Shown piece after piece: positions 1 to 10,900 of a DNA stretch of 61,012 nucleotides (positions are counted from its first letter, which is position 1; each line of letters starts with the position of its first letter). The notes below the pieces were generated by a model that saw nothing but the letters and a program-made list of their open reading frames with translations, did no database searches and was not told the origin of the DNA. The position numbers were made by a program, and so were the translations under genes. This stretch comes from a virus (Duplodnaviria > Heunggongvirae > Uroviricota > Caudoviricetes). The stretch spans positions 64,001-125,012 of the IMG/VR virus record IMGVR_UViG_3300010367_000056; one strand, written 5' to 3'.

Positions 1-2
1 GG

Positions 3-326
3 GGCAATAGTTTTATAGGATTCAATCATGGTAATAATATTAATGATAAACTTCCACTAGCATTTGCTCAAGAGTTCTACAAAGAATGGGGATTAGCCAA
101 ATACCATGACATTTATATAGGTGATAAACATCACAATAATGAGAAATTGTTTAATAAAAAACAAGCTCAGGATGAGAAACAAGGTGTAAGATTAAGAATT
201 CTTCCCTCTTTAAGTAAGCCTGATACATGGCATGATGATAACTTATATAGATCAAGACAATCTGGAATAGCTCTAATATATGACAAAGAACGAGGAAAAA
301 TCTGCGAATGGGAATATCAAGTTTAA
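3..326 (+). CDS. 5'-truncated calcineurin-like metallophosphoesterase (C-terminal part)
   Basis: Not in the ORF track. Open frame from the window edge: GNSFIGFNHGNN...YIGDKHHNNE...RILPSLSKPDTWH...WEYQV*; xHG and GDxHH resemble metallophosphoesterase motifs IV/V. Confidence 0.6.
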   Translation, partial: GNSFIGFNHGNNINDKLPLAFAQEFYKEWGLAKYHDIYIGDKHHNNEKLFNKKQAQDEKQGVRLRILPSLSKPDTWHDDNLYRSRQSGIALIYDKERGKICEWEYQV

Positions 327-528
327 GATTAAAGTAATTAAAGTAAAGGAACCCCCTGTATTTGAATCTTTAGTTGATAAGATGAAACCTTTACAGCAAC
401 AACAAAATAAACTTAGTCAAGGTATTTACCAACAGTTAAAAAATGGAAATAAGGTTACTTATAACAGAAATTTTTCTATAAAAGAAATGGAAGAGGTATT
501 TGCTGAACTCTTCTATGGTAAAAAGTAA
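280..528 (+). CDS. small hypothetical protein (start uncertain: 280, 382 or near 319)
   Basis: Fills the gap between flanking genes; the ATG at 280 overlaps the upstream gene by 47 nt; alternative ATG at 382. Confidence 0.5.
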   Translation: MTKNEEKSANGNIKFKIKVIKVKEPPVFESLVDKMKPLQQQQNKLSQGIYQQLKNGNKVTYNRNFSIKEMEEVFAELFYGKK

Positions 529-531
529 AAA

Positions 532-1209
532 ATGAGTACAGGAAGAGAATTAGTATCAGAAGTAAGATCTCTGAATAAACTGATAAACTCAGATAACAAT
601 ATAACTGATAGATTAATCTATAATATTCTTAAAGATAGTGCTACACTCTTAATTAAGAGAGAAACTAACTTAAGAAGATTATGGAATTCTCCTATTATAT
701 TCACTCCAATACCATGTTTAGAGATGACTCCAGTTCCTCTCTCAGAGTGTTGTGATTATAAAAATCCTTGTATGGTATCTAGGAGCGTCAAGAAATTACC
801 AACTATCTCTGAAGGGATATTTGGACTTTTAGTACAAAGTGTATTTTCTCCAGGAAGAAGAAAATTTGACTACGCTCCAGTTGATAGATTTGTAAACTTC
901 TTAGGTCTTAAACTTAAGAATACAAAGAAATACTATTGGGTATATAATGATTACCTCTATGTATCAGATCCTGATATTGAATATGTAGACATTATAGCAT
1001 ATTTTGATAAGGATATAAATCCTTCAGATTATGCTTCTTGTAATAGTGCAGAAGATACCTCTTGTGTAAATCCTCTTGATAGAGACTTTAAGATTCCCTC
1101 CTATTTGATTAAAAATCTTAGAGACTTGGTAAATGATGAATTAAATAAAACTTACTTTAGACATATTGTAGATCCACAGACTAACGCAAAAGATGAGGAG
1201 CAAAGTTAA
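532..1209 (+). CDS. crAss-like tail ring/neck structural protein
   Basis: 225 aa, Cys-rich (PCLE..SECCDYKNPC); position just upstream of the IHF-like and tubular genes; similarity to 1710..2612 class inferred from synteny. Confidence 0.55.
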   Translation: MSTGRELVSEVRSLNKLINSDNNITDRLIYNILKDSATLLIKRETNLRRLWNSPIIFTPIPCLEMTPVPLSECCDYKNPCMVSRSVKKLPTISEGIFGLLVQSVFSPGRRKFDYAPVDRFVNFLGLKLKNTKKYYWVYNDYLYVSDPDIEYVDIIAYFDKDINPSDYASCNSAEDTSCVNPLDRDFKIPSYLIKNLRDLVNDELNKTYFRHIVDPQTNAKDEEQS

Positions 1210-1211
1210 TT

Positions 1212-1703
1212 ATGAGTAGAAGCAAGGTAGAATTTTGGACGCATAGTAGAGATAATTATGACAGATTTTTATTAGAAAATCGTGTTATAGAGAAAGAATT
1301 GTCTTATAAAAAATATAAGAAAATTATTGAGACTTGTAACTGGATGTATGTTGAATATGCTCTTAGAACTGGATTTAAAGTAACTCTACCTTTTGGATTT
1401 GGTAATATCTCTGTGATCAAAAAGAGAATTAAGACCTTCAAAGAATTTAAAGGAAAACAATATATAAATCTTAGAATAGACTGGGCTAAAACTAAAGAGG
1501 TCGGTAAGAGAGTTTATCATACTAATGAACATAGTGATGGATTCAATTATAAATGGAGATGGTCAGGAAAAGAAGCTAAATTTAATCTTAGTGACTTGTA
1601 TACATTCAGACCTCAAAGATATGCCAGTAGAGCCATAAGTAAGTATGTTAAGAAGCCAAGCTCTCAATTTAAAGATTTATACACAGAACAATTATCTAAA
1701 TAA
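1212..1703 (+). CDS. IHF/HU-like DNA-binding protein (crAss-like IHF family)
   Basis: KVTLPFGFGNISV resembles the HU/IHF V-x-L-x-G-F-G-x-F-x-V motif; very basic; canonical position before the tail tubular gene. Confidence 0.65.
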   Translation: MSRSKVEFWTHSRDNYDRFLLENRVIEKELSYKKYKKIIETCNWMYVEYALRTGFKVTLPFGFGNISVIKKRIKTFKEFKGKQYINLRIDWAKTKEVGKRVYHTNEHSDGFNYKWRWSGKEAKFNLSDLYTFRPQRYASRAISKYVKKPSSQFKDLYTEQLSK

Positions 1704-1709
1704 TAAAAT

Positions 1710-2612
1710 ATGGACAACTTATTAGGTCAAATGCTTCCTCTTGGATATAACCGAGATCCAAAAGTAAGTTGGTACTATAAATATAACTTTATTTCTCCAG
1801 AACCTATATACTCTCTTGTAAAAGAAGAACTTAAGAGTTATTTTATAACTGGAGTTATTGATGATACTCTTTTTCCAAGATATACAGAAGAATGTCTTAG
1901 AAAGCTTGGAAAAGGATCGTTGAAAATTGAACAAAATATATTTCAACTTCAAGATTACGAAACTCTATTACCAGATAACTTTGAGTCTGTAAGAGAGTTA
2001 TGGCTTTGTACTCCAGTTGAGTATAGTTATAGAATGCCAAATTCCTGTTATGAACAAGCTTTAGTAAGACTTGGAGCAGAAACTGCTGATAGATGTGATA
2101 CAGGTTCATTTTGTGCTCCACAAGAAATTAAAGTTACATATAAAACTACAGGAAAAGTAATTCAAAAATTCAATACACATAGACTTTTAAGACCTGGAAA
2201 TGTTCATGCTAAAGATGCATGTACTCCAGATAGTGCTAATAGATTTTGTGACTCTTATGATACTTTTGATATTAGAGGTGGTAGGATCTTTACTAATTTT
2301 CCAGAAGGTCATTTATTCATGACTTACTATGTAAAGGATTATGATGAAAATGATTATCAATTAATTCCTGAAAATATTTGGATTGAAAAGTATATAGAAT
2401 CTTATTTGAAATTTAAATGCTTTGAAACTCTATATAATACAATTACAGATGAAACCTTAGCTCAAGTAGAAAGAAAAATGCAATATTATGAGCAAAGATA
2501 TTTAGAGGCTAAGGTTAATGCTGAAGTTGAAATGAAAAAACAGACTATAGATCAACAAGTTAGAGCTACAAAAGCTGCTAGAAGAAGATTAAATAAATAT
2601 ATTATAAGATAA
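1710..2612 (+). CDS. tail tubular / ring protein
   Basis: 300 aa directly upstream of the large stabilization gene; DENDYQLIPE..IEKYIESY pattern and C-terminal helical region typical of crAss-like ring proteins; synteny. Confidence 0.65.
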   Translation: MDNLLGQMLPLGYNRDPKVSWYYKYNFISPEPIYSLVKEELKSYFITGVIDDTLFPRYTEECLRKLGKGSLKIEQNIFQLQDYETLLPDNFESVRELWLCTPVEYSYRMPNSCYEQALVRLGAETADRCDTGSFCAPQEIKVTYKTTGKVIQKFNTHRLLRPGNVHAKDACTPDSANRFCDSYDTFDIRGGRIFTNFPEGHLFMTYYVKDYDENDYQLIPENIWIEKYIESYLKFKCFETLYNTITDETLAQVERKMQYYEQRYLEAKVNAEVEMKKQTIDQQVRATKAARRRLNKYIIR

Positions 2613-2614
2613 TA

Positions 2615-5600
2615 ATGGCAGATATAAATCAGAATCCTAATCAAGCTATGCTTGGTCTTAATCAAGATAATATATCTCAGCAGATTAAACCAGGTCAGCT
2701 AACCTATGCTCTCAATGCACAAGTTGAATCATTTGATGGTGATATGGTCACTTATCAAAATGAACAATCCAATGTTTTATGTTCTGAATTTAAAGCAGGG
2801 TATAAAGTAATTGGATTTTATAACATTGTTGAGCAAGATAGGACTATTATTTTCATGACCAACCCTCATACAGGAGATTCTGAAATTGGTATTATTTCTA
2901 ATGTAATTACATGTGATGTAGATGATCCTACACACTTAAATGAAAAGAAATCAAGTAACTATGTAAATAATGGTTACAATAATATAGATGGTGAATGTAA
3001 TTGTGAATCTCCTGAAATACTTACATTTTATCAACTTTATAAAAAGCTAAATCCTACCAACACTCTACAAGTAAATCAATGTTGTCAATATAGAACACTT
3101 GTTAGTGCAAGATGTTTAGGTTTTAATATTAATTATCCAATTCATAAAGTTGCACATAGAATAGTAGATCAGAATGATGATGCTAATAAATGTGGAACTG
3201 AGATTTATTGGGGAGATGGATTAAATCCAAGAAGATATTTAAATATTGATGATCTTCCATATGAGACTATTATTGATGGTTGTGATAGAGTTCAAAGTAA
3301 TATAATTGATTGTGATTTACTAGAGGTAGAAGCTGTAATAGATATACCTTGTATAACTCCTCTGGTAGTATCAGATGGAGGTTCTTTAGTCTCAGGAACT
3401 TATCAATTTGCTATTCAATATGCAAATGATAAAGCAGAAGGATATACTGCTTATTACAGTATTACCAATCCTATTGGAATATTCAGAGATAGATATGGTC
3501 TTGATTTTAATTTTGAGACTGACAAATCTATAAAACTTAGAATTACAGATTTAGATACAAGATTTAAATATTTTAATCTAGCTGTAATCAAAACCATTAA
3601 CGGAGTAGCTGATCCAGAGTTAGCTGGTACATTTGAGATTGTAGGAGAAACTATGGAAGTAGTTTATTCTGGAAACAATAAAACTCAAATAAACTTAGCT
3701 ATTGAAGATATATTTCAAAAATTTCCTAGTTACAGAATTGCTTCAGAAGTAGCTACTGTAGGAGATACTATTATGTGGGCTAACCTTAAGTCAGATAAAA
3801 GACTCAATTACCAGGAAATTGCTAGTAACTTAAAACTTCAATGGATAACTTATCAAATTCCATATAATCAATTTCAATCATATGAAAATGGTATAAACAC
3901 AGCTCTTTATAGAGGTTATATGAGAGATGAAGTTTATGCTTTTGAAATTGTATTTATACTTAAAAATGGTCAACAAACTGATGGTTTCCATATACCTGGA
4001 AGAACATCTGTTTCAGGAGATCTAACTTTAGTATCTAATAATGATGTTATAACTGGAGCTATGGATAGCTGCATAGTTGAAGATCCAGATCAACCAAGAT
4101 GGAAGGTTTATAATACTGCATCTGTCACTGGTACAGATCCTGCATATACAGCAGCAACTAATAAAGATTGTTATTTAGGGCCTTACCAATATGGTGAATT
4201 CTCTTATTGGGAGTCTGAAAGAACTTATCCATGTAATTCCAAAGTATGGGGTTCTTTGACTGGACAAAAAATAAGGCATCATAAGTTTCCTGATAATTTG
4301 ATTACTCATATCCATGATAAAAATCCAACTCCTACTAATAAGGCGTTTGAACATAAAATATTTCCTATTGGAGTTAGATTAGATCAAGAAAGTTTAAGAC
4401 AAGCTATTCTTAGTTCTGGTTTAACTGATAGGGAAAAAGCTAATATTATTGGATATAGAATTGTAAGGTCTGATAGAATTAACAATAAATCTGTCATTGC
4501 TAAAGGTCTTCTTTATAATATGGGTGTGTATACTCCATATTCGGAAGGAGTTCCCGCTAGTAATCAAACTATATTTTATCCAAATTATCCTTTTAACGAT
4601 TTAGGTGGAGATCCATTCTTGACTAACTTAAGTTCAGCAGGAGATGGTGGATTTTCTATCTATATACTTGATAACTTAGATAATAGAATAGATAGTGCCT
4701 TAGGTCAACTAGATTCATTAAAATCAGTATTAACCATTATTAATGCTGTATGTTATTCAGCAGCAGGTAAAAATGATTGCGGCTTAGGAAATCCAGCAAT
4801 TATTCAGATTACAAATTCTGAAATAGCTGATTTACAAAATAAAATGTTCACTACTGAACAAGCTGGTACAGCTCTTCAGAATAGAATAAATGAAATTGAA
4901 GCTTATTATCAAAATAAAATAGCTAACAATGAAGCTGTGTGCCAAGATGATGTTACAGATTTAACATTGAGTTCAACACTAGTAGATAATTTTACTAATG
5001 CAATATCTGCTATTGGATCATCTGGAGCTATTACTAACTTTACAGCAATAGTTGCTTATATTACAACTAATGCTTCAACTTTAAATAGCCACACATATGC
5101 TGATGAAATCTTTCAATTAAGATCTGATTTAACTTCAGTTCTTGGTGTGAATAGTGATTTTCAAGCAATGATAACTCCTATACAAGATAACTTCTCTGAT
5201 TGGGAAGATGCGTTGACACAATTAGCAATGGTAGACTGTAATGGAAGTATTATTGTAGACTCAGCATTTTCGAGAGCTAGATTTACTTTTCATTCACCTG
5301 ACACTCATTTCTTTCAGCCATTCTTAGGAACTTTCTTAAAGTTTGAAACTGTAGAAGGTGGTATGGCATTAGGAAATTTTGTACAAGTTCAGGATCATGC
5401 TGGTGCTAAAATGATGTCAGCATTTTCTGCTAGTATAGCATTAGCTGCTGGTATAGCAGTAGGAGCTTTATTTGCTGTAGAACCTAAACCACACGTTATA
5501 GGTTCAATGCCTGGCCCAATATATACAGCTTATTATCCTGATTTTCCTTCTTTAGGAACTATTGCTGAAAAAGCTTTATATTGGAATCAACAATTTAAAA

Positions 5601-7957
5601 CTTTAATACAGAATTTATTACCATTTAAAAACTATGCTTATCAATATAATGCAGTAGGTTATTATAATACCTTTAATGCAATTGCTAATAATGGTAACAA
5701 ACAAAGAATGGTAGACAGAGCTTACTATCTCTTACCTGGTATGCAGAGTCTTGGAGATGTAAATCCTATAAATAATTGGAAAAGAGAAAGTTCTGTATTT
5801 TTTAGAATAGATCAAAATTCTTCTGCTCCATTATTACCAAATGATGCTTCTATAAAAGGCTCATTAGCAGATGATGATTCAAGAGTTGCATATTCTGCTG
5901 ATAGACAAATTTATAGTAATGTACTCTCTTACTATGCGAGTAATAAAAGAAAGTTCTATGATCAGTATGGAGATATTTATAGTTATGGAACTGTTGATAC
6001 AGGATTATGTGGAAAAGTAAATATTTTTACAAACTATGGAACTCAAAAGATTGATGTCTTTGGTGGAGATATTTTTATTAATAAATTTGGTCTTAAAAGA
6101 AAACTTTCATATTTCATTGATACTAATGTAGGTAAACCTGATGGTACTGATATATCTTATTCTGACTTATCAAATGTTGGTAGAGTCAAATATTGGTATA
6201 ATACAGCCTCAGCTCAGACTCCAGGTTCTGGTTTTAAAGGACTTATGAAGTCTATCTTAGGAGTTCCTCAAAGTAATATGGATGGAAATAGTAATAAATT
6301 ATTTTATCAAAATGGAAGAATTTATTTGTACAATTATGGTATTGCTTATTTCTTTGTTGAGAGTGAAGTTAATGTTGATTATAGACAAGCAGGAAATGCA
6401 ACAACACATGATTTTTTCCCACATGTAGGAACTGGTATTCCTAATGATTGGTTGCAAGAAAAGAATGTACCTATTGTGCATGATAATTATTATATTTATA
6501 ATAAAACATTCTCTAAACAAAATAAAGAAAATTTCTTTAGTCATTTACCATTAAGTTATGATCCTAATGAAACTTGTCAACAGGATTATACTCATAGAGT
6601 TATATATTCAGATCCTAATAGATGGAGAATATACAAACCGATATCGTTCTATGATTTTCCTAAGAATTATGGAAAATTAACTAGTATTGATACTATTAAT
6701 AATCAAGCAGTTCTTGTTAGATTTGAAAATAAATCTTATGTTTACAATGCTTTAACAGCTATTCAAACTAGTTCAGGAAAGTATGCTTACTTAGGTAATG
6801 ATAGTGTATTCAAATCTGCACCACCTTTAGACTTTGGAGAAACTGATATTGGTTATGCTGGTTCTCAGCATCACTTATTACTTAAGACTCAAGCTGGACA
6901 CTTATTTATAGATGCTAAGAGAACACAGATATTTTTAATAAATGGAACTGGAGTAATTCCTATTTCGGACGTAGGAATATCTAAGTGGTTCAATAAGAAT
7001 GGTGCATTTAGAATCTTAGATTATTTTTCAAATGTGAATGTAGATAATCCATATAATGGTATAGGATACACTGGAGTTTGGGATAACAAATATGAAAGAT
7101 TTATTATAACTAAATTAGACTACGAACCTGTAAAAGAGTTTGTTAATGACATAACTTATGATTCATATTTTGGTAGATTTTTATATAAAGGTTCTGAGAT
7201 ACTATTAGAAGATCCTAAATATTTCTGTAATAAATCTTGGACTGTATCTTATAGTCCTAAGATAAAAGCTTGGACAAGCTTCCATAGCTATATTCCTAGT
7301 TATTATATAGGACATGCTGGACACTTTGCATCAGGATTAAACTCTAGCTTATCAAATGGTAAGTCTTCTATATGGTTACATAATTTAGTTCATACATCTT
7401 ATCAAAGATTTTTTGGTAAACTTTGTCCATATACTCTTGAATATCCATTTGTATTCAAAGCTCAAGATGAAATTTTACAAAATGTAAAAGATTATACTAC
7501 AATTCTTGAATATTATAATGAAAATGATTTCTATGAGATTAATGATGGAGTTTACTTTAATAAAGCTGTCTTATGGAATAACCAACAATGCTCAGGTATT
7601 TTAAATCTATATCCAAAACCAAAAGGTAAGATGAATTTATACTTCACTTATCCTAAGTATAATAAAGATAGTAAGGATATAATATATACTAAATCTGATA
7701 ATTTCTTTAACTATAATACTTTTTGGGATGTTATTAAAAATCCTAATAATCATATTCCAATTTGGGTTGATTCTTGTATTAATAAATCAGTTGATAAAGA
7801 ACTAAATAATGATAAGTTTGATTATAGTAATAGATCTCATCAGAAAACTAAATTAAGAGCTAAAGATTTGAAAGTTAGACATATAAATGATATGTTTGAT
7901 AGATATAGATTTATTTCCAAATTTGTATTAGCTAACACTCAAATTTCTTACAAATAA
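2615..7957 (+). CDS. tail stabilization / muzzle protein (P22 gp10-like), 1780 aa with helical insertion
   Basis: Motifs YRGYMRDEVYAFEIVF, IRHHKFPD, NKSVIAKGLL, RFTFHSPDT, FGGDIFINKF, SWTVSY..WTSFHSY typical of crAss-like Tstab; size and position fit. Confidence 0.8.
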   Translation: MADINQNPNQAMLGLNQDNISQQIKPGQLTYALNAQVESFDGDMVTYQNEQSNVLCSEFKAGYKVIGFYNIVEQDRTIIFMTNPHTGDSEIGIISNVITCDVDDPTHLNEKKSSNYVNNGYNNIDGECNCESPEILTFYQLYKKLNPTNTLQVNQCCQYRTLVSARCLGFNINYPIHKVAHRIVDQNDDANKCGTEIYWGDGLNPRRYLNIDDLPYETIIDGCDRVQSNIIDCDLLEVEAVIDIPCITPLVVSDGGSLVSGTYQFAIQYANDKAEGYTAYYSITNPIGIFRDRYGLDFNFETDKSIKLRITDLDTRFKYFNLAVIKTINGVADPELAGTFEIVGETMEVVYSGNNKTQINLAIEDIFQKFPSYRIASEVATVGDTIMWANLKSDKRLNYQEIASNLKLQWITYQIPYNQFQSYENGINTALYRGYMRDEVYAFEIVFILKNGQQTDGFHIPGRTSVSGDLTLVSNNDVITGAMDSCIVEDPDQPRWKVYNTASVTGTDPAYTAATNKDCYLGPYQYGEFSYWESERTYPCNSKVWGSLTGQKIRHHKFPDNLITHIHDKNPTPTNKAFEHKIFPIGVRLDQESLRQAILSSGLTDREKANIIGYRIVRSDRINNKSVIAKGLLYNMGVYTPYSEGVPASNQTIFYPNYPFNDLGGDPFLTNLSSAGDGGFSIYILDNLDNRIDSALGQLDSLKSVLTIINAVCYSAAGKNDCGLGNPAIIQITNSEIADLQNKMFTTEQAGTALQNRINEIEAYYQNKIANNEAVCQDDVTDLTLSSTLVDNFTNAISAIGSSGAITNFTAIVAYITTNASTLNSHTYADEIFQLRSDLTSVLGVNSDFQAMITPIQDNFSDWEDALTQLAMVDCNGSIIVDSAFSRARFTFHSPDTHFFQPFLGTFLKFETVEGGMALGNFVQVQDHAGAKMMSAFSASIALAAGIAVGALFAVEPKPHVIGSMPGPIYTAYYPDFPSLGTIAEKALYWNQQFKTLIQNLLPFKNYAYQYNAVGYYNTFNAIANNGNKQRMVDRAYYLLPGMQSLGDVNPINNWKRESSVFFRIDQNSSAPLLPNDASIKGSLADDDSRVAYSADRQIYSNVLSYYASNKRKFYDQYGDIYSYGTVDTGLCGKVNIFTNYGTQKIDVFGGDIFINKFGLKRKLSYFIDTNVGKPDGTDISYSDLSNVGRVKYWYNTASAQTPGSGFKGLMKSILGVPQSNMDGNSNKLFYQNGRIYLYNYGIAYFFVESEVNVDYRQAGNATTHDFFPHVGTGIPNDWLQEKNVPIVHDNYYIYNKTFSKQNKENFFSHLPLSYDPNETCQQDYTHRVIYSDPNRWRIYKPISFYDFPKNYGKLTSIDTINNQAVLVRFENKSYVYNALTAIQTSSGKYAYLGNDSVFKSAPPLDFGETDIGYAGSQHHLLLKTQAGHLFIDAKRTQIFLINGTGVIPISDVGISKWFNKNGAFRILDYFSNVNVDNPYNGIGYTGVWDNKYERFIITKLDYEPVKEFVNDITYDSYFGRFLYKGSEILLEDPKYFCNKSWTVSYSPKIKAWTSFHSYIPSYYIGHAGHFASGLNSSLSNGKSSIWLHNLVHTSYQRFFGKLCPYTLEYPFVFKAQDEILQNVKDYTTILEYYNENDFYEINDGVYFNKAVLWNNQQCSGILNLYPKPKGKMNLYFTYPKYNKDSKDIIYTKSDNFFNYNTFWDVIKNPNNHIPIWVDSCINKSVDKELNNDKFDYSNRSHQKTKLRAKDLKVRHINDMFDRYRFISKFVLANTQISYK

Positions 7958-10900
7958 TGAAAAAATATCAAGATGGAGGAGGAGTAGAACCCTTCTCCTC
8001 ATCATATGCTTTACAGCTTGCACAACAAGCTCCAGTTATGATTGATCTTCAAGATACTAGAAAGGTTAATCCTGCTACTGGTAAGCCTTTAACCGATAAA
8101 CAAAGAAAATCAGTTAAGGTAGATCAAGACAATGTAAAGAATATTATTTCCCAAGCTAAAGCTGCTGGTATAGATCCTTATACTGCTCTAGCTATCTCTT
8201 ACCAAGAATCTGGTTTTCAGAATGGTGATAAACTATATAATCTTAATCCTCAAGTATTTGGAAAACCATTTGGAAATGCTGAAGAGGGTATGAAGAGTCT
8301 TCAAGATATGTTTAAATATGCTAAGAATCTTCAATCAAGAGGTGTAGTTCCAGAAGGAGAAGAATATCTATTACAAGGTAATAATGGATATGGTAAAATC
8401 AAAAAAGGTCATGCTGATCTTGAAGGATCAACTTCAATATATGGTATGCCAATTCCAGATGAAGGAATTGATTTTAAACAACATCCTCTTTATGGAAAGA
8501 CAATTATTTCTTTAAGAGATGAAGTATTAAAGAAAAACCAATCAATAAATGACTTAATTCAAAATACTCCAGCATATATGAAGAAACCTGTAAAAAAATA
8601 TGCAGAAGGTGGAGCACTTACTAGTGGCCCTGGTACTGGTGATCCTTTAACCCCTGCTGAACAAAAAGTAGCTGATCAGTATACTAAAATGGGATATAAT
8701 GTAAGTAAAGTAAATGGTCAGTTACAATATAAGAAAGATCCTAATTTTAAAGCTCCTGTTCAACAACAAGCAGCTCAACAATCTGCTACTCAACCAGTTC
8801 AACAAGCACAGCAACCAATGATGATGAAAAATGCTGCTGCAACTTCTGGTAGAGGTAATATAACTGAAGATCAATGGAATACTTTAAAAGCAAAATATAC
8901 TCAAGGACTTCCTCAAGTAAAACCATATGGATCATCTGCTAAAGGTGGTGCTCTTGATAAGAGAATGAATTGGGTAAAATGGGCTGATCAAGAATTACCT
9001 ACTGGTGGTACTCCAGCTAAACTATCAGCTCAAGCTGCTAAACAAGCAGGTATTGATCCATCTATGCTTTTAGCATCTTCTTTAGAAGAAGGTGTTGGTC
9101 TTAGATTTATGGGAGAAGGTAATGATTATTCTAATGCATATGAAGCATCAAATGAAAAGGGAGAATTAAAAGATTATCCTGTAGATGCTTTTAGAAACTA
9201 TGGTCTTGACCAGGTAGCAGGGAATATAGATAACTTTATTAAGAAAGGTTGGGTTCCTGCTGATATTAAATCTAAAATGAAACCTTTTAATGCTTCTAAT
9301 GAACTTGATGAAAAAGAATATTATGATAATGCTTATAATGTTCTTGGTAAAAAAGGTTTATTAAAAGGAGTTAGTAGGAAAGATACTGATAAGTTAGATG
9401 AAATTATAGATGAGAAAGGTTGGGACTTACCATTAATGAAAGAAAGTGCTCACACTGCTGCTTTTAAAGATGATGCTAGTGCTTATTATGCTAAAGCTGC
9501 TTTTTTAAGATCTGAACAAGATAATCTTTTATCTTATGCTAAACAAAAAGGTTATAAGTTAACTCCTGAAGAAACTAACTTCTTCACTATGGCTGCTTAT
9601 AATGGTGGATCTGGTAATGGTAGATCTATGTTAGATTTTTATGGTGGTCAAAAACAATTAGGTAATAATGGATTTCTAAAGATTAGAGCTAACAAGGGAC
9701 AAATATATGATAATATTATACCACGTTATGCTGGTGCTCAAATGTTTAAAGGTGAAGGTTATTTTGAATATGGTGGAAAGATGCCAAAAAGTCCAAAAGG
9801 AGTACCTAAATATGATAATGGTGGCCCTGTTGATCCATTTACTCCAGCAGCAGATTTAACTGGTGGTAATAATTGGTTGAATACCAATAATGGTGCAACT
9901 CCTATCAATCCTGATGGAACTACGGCTATACCATTACAAAATCAATCTGGAACACCTACTAATCAAGGTAATATTGTTCCTTTAAGTCAATTCTATGATA
10001 CAGTAAATGGCCCTAATGGAAATAAGATGTTACAAGGAACTGGTACATATGTTAATGCTCAAGGACAAACTACATCTCCTGAAGACCAACAAATGATTGC
10101 TGATCAAGTTACTGCTCAAAATAAAAGTACTGCTATGAAAAGAGAAGGTATAAAGGATGATGCTGAGATGATAGCTGATACTAGTATGGCTGCCATCAAT
10201 GCTTTTTTCCAAAGAAATAATGCTGCTCAAGTAGATAGATCTGGAAAAAGAAAAGCTATCCAACAGACAATGATGGCTCAAATGAGTCCTTATCTTGAAG
10301 GTACTGGATCTCAAGCTATCATGAAAGATGGTGGAAGTATTCATATTAAACCTGAGAATAGAGGTAAGTTTAATGCTACTAAAAAAAGAACAGGAAAAAC
10401 TACTGAAGAACTTACACATAGCAAAGATCCAGTAACTCGTAAGAGAGCCATATTTGCTCAAAATGCTGCTAAGTGGCATCATGGTGAAAATGGTCTCAGT
10501 TTAGATGGTCAAGGTCAAAACATGCAAGTTCTTGATGGAGGTAATACTGAAATGATATCTAGCTCAGACCATAGTAACCCTATGATACAGTTTAGTGGAA
10601 GAACACATGATGAAGGTGGTATTGGTCTTAAATATGGTGGAAGTCTTGCTGAAGTGGAAGATAAAGAAGTAGGATGGATAGATCAACAAGGAAGTTTAAA
10701 TATATTTGGTAAACTTAAACTTCCAGGTACTAATCAAACTTTTAGAAAAGCTGCTGAAGATATAGCTGGTCAAGAAAATAAAGTAGATGGTCAGAAATCT
10801 AAATACCTAAATATATTAAATAATAGTAATCCTGCTAGTCCTTATCAGGAAAGTGCTATCTCAACATCAAAAGTAATGTTTAAATCATTAGATAAACAAA

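Noticed and set aside
4670-4900. Flagellin-like wording in the muzzle insertion (RIDSALGQLDSLKS, LQNRI)
   Set aside because: Resemblance is limited to generic amphipathic helix patterns; flagellin terminal motifs are not present in order.
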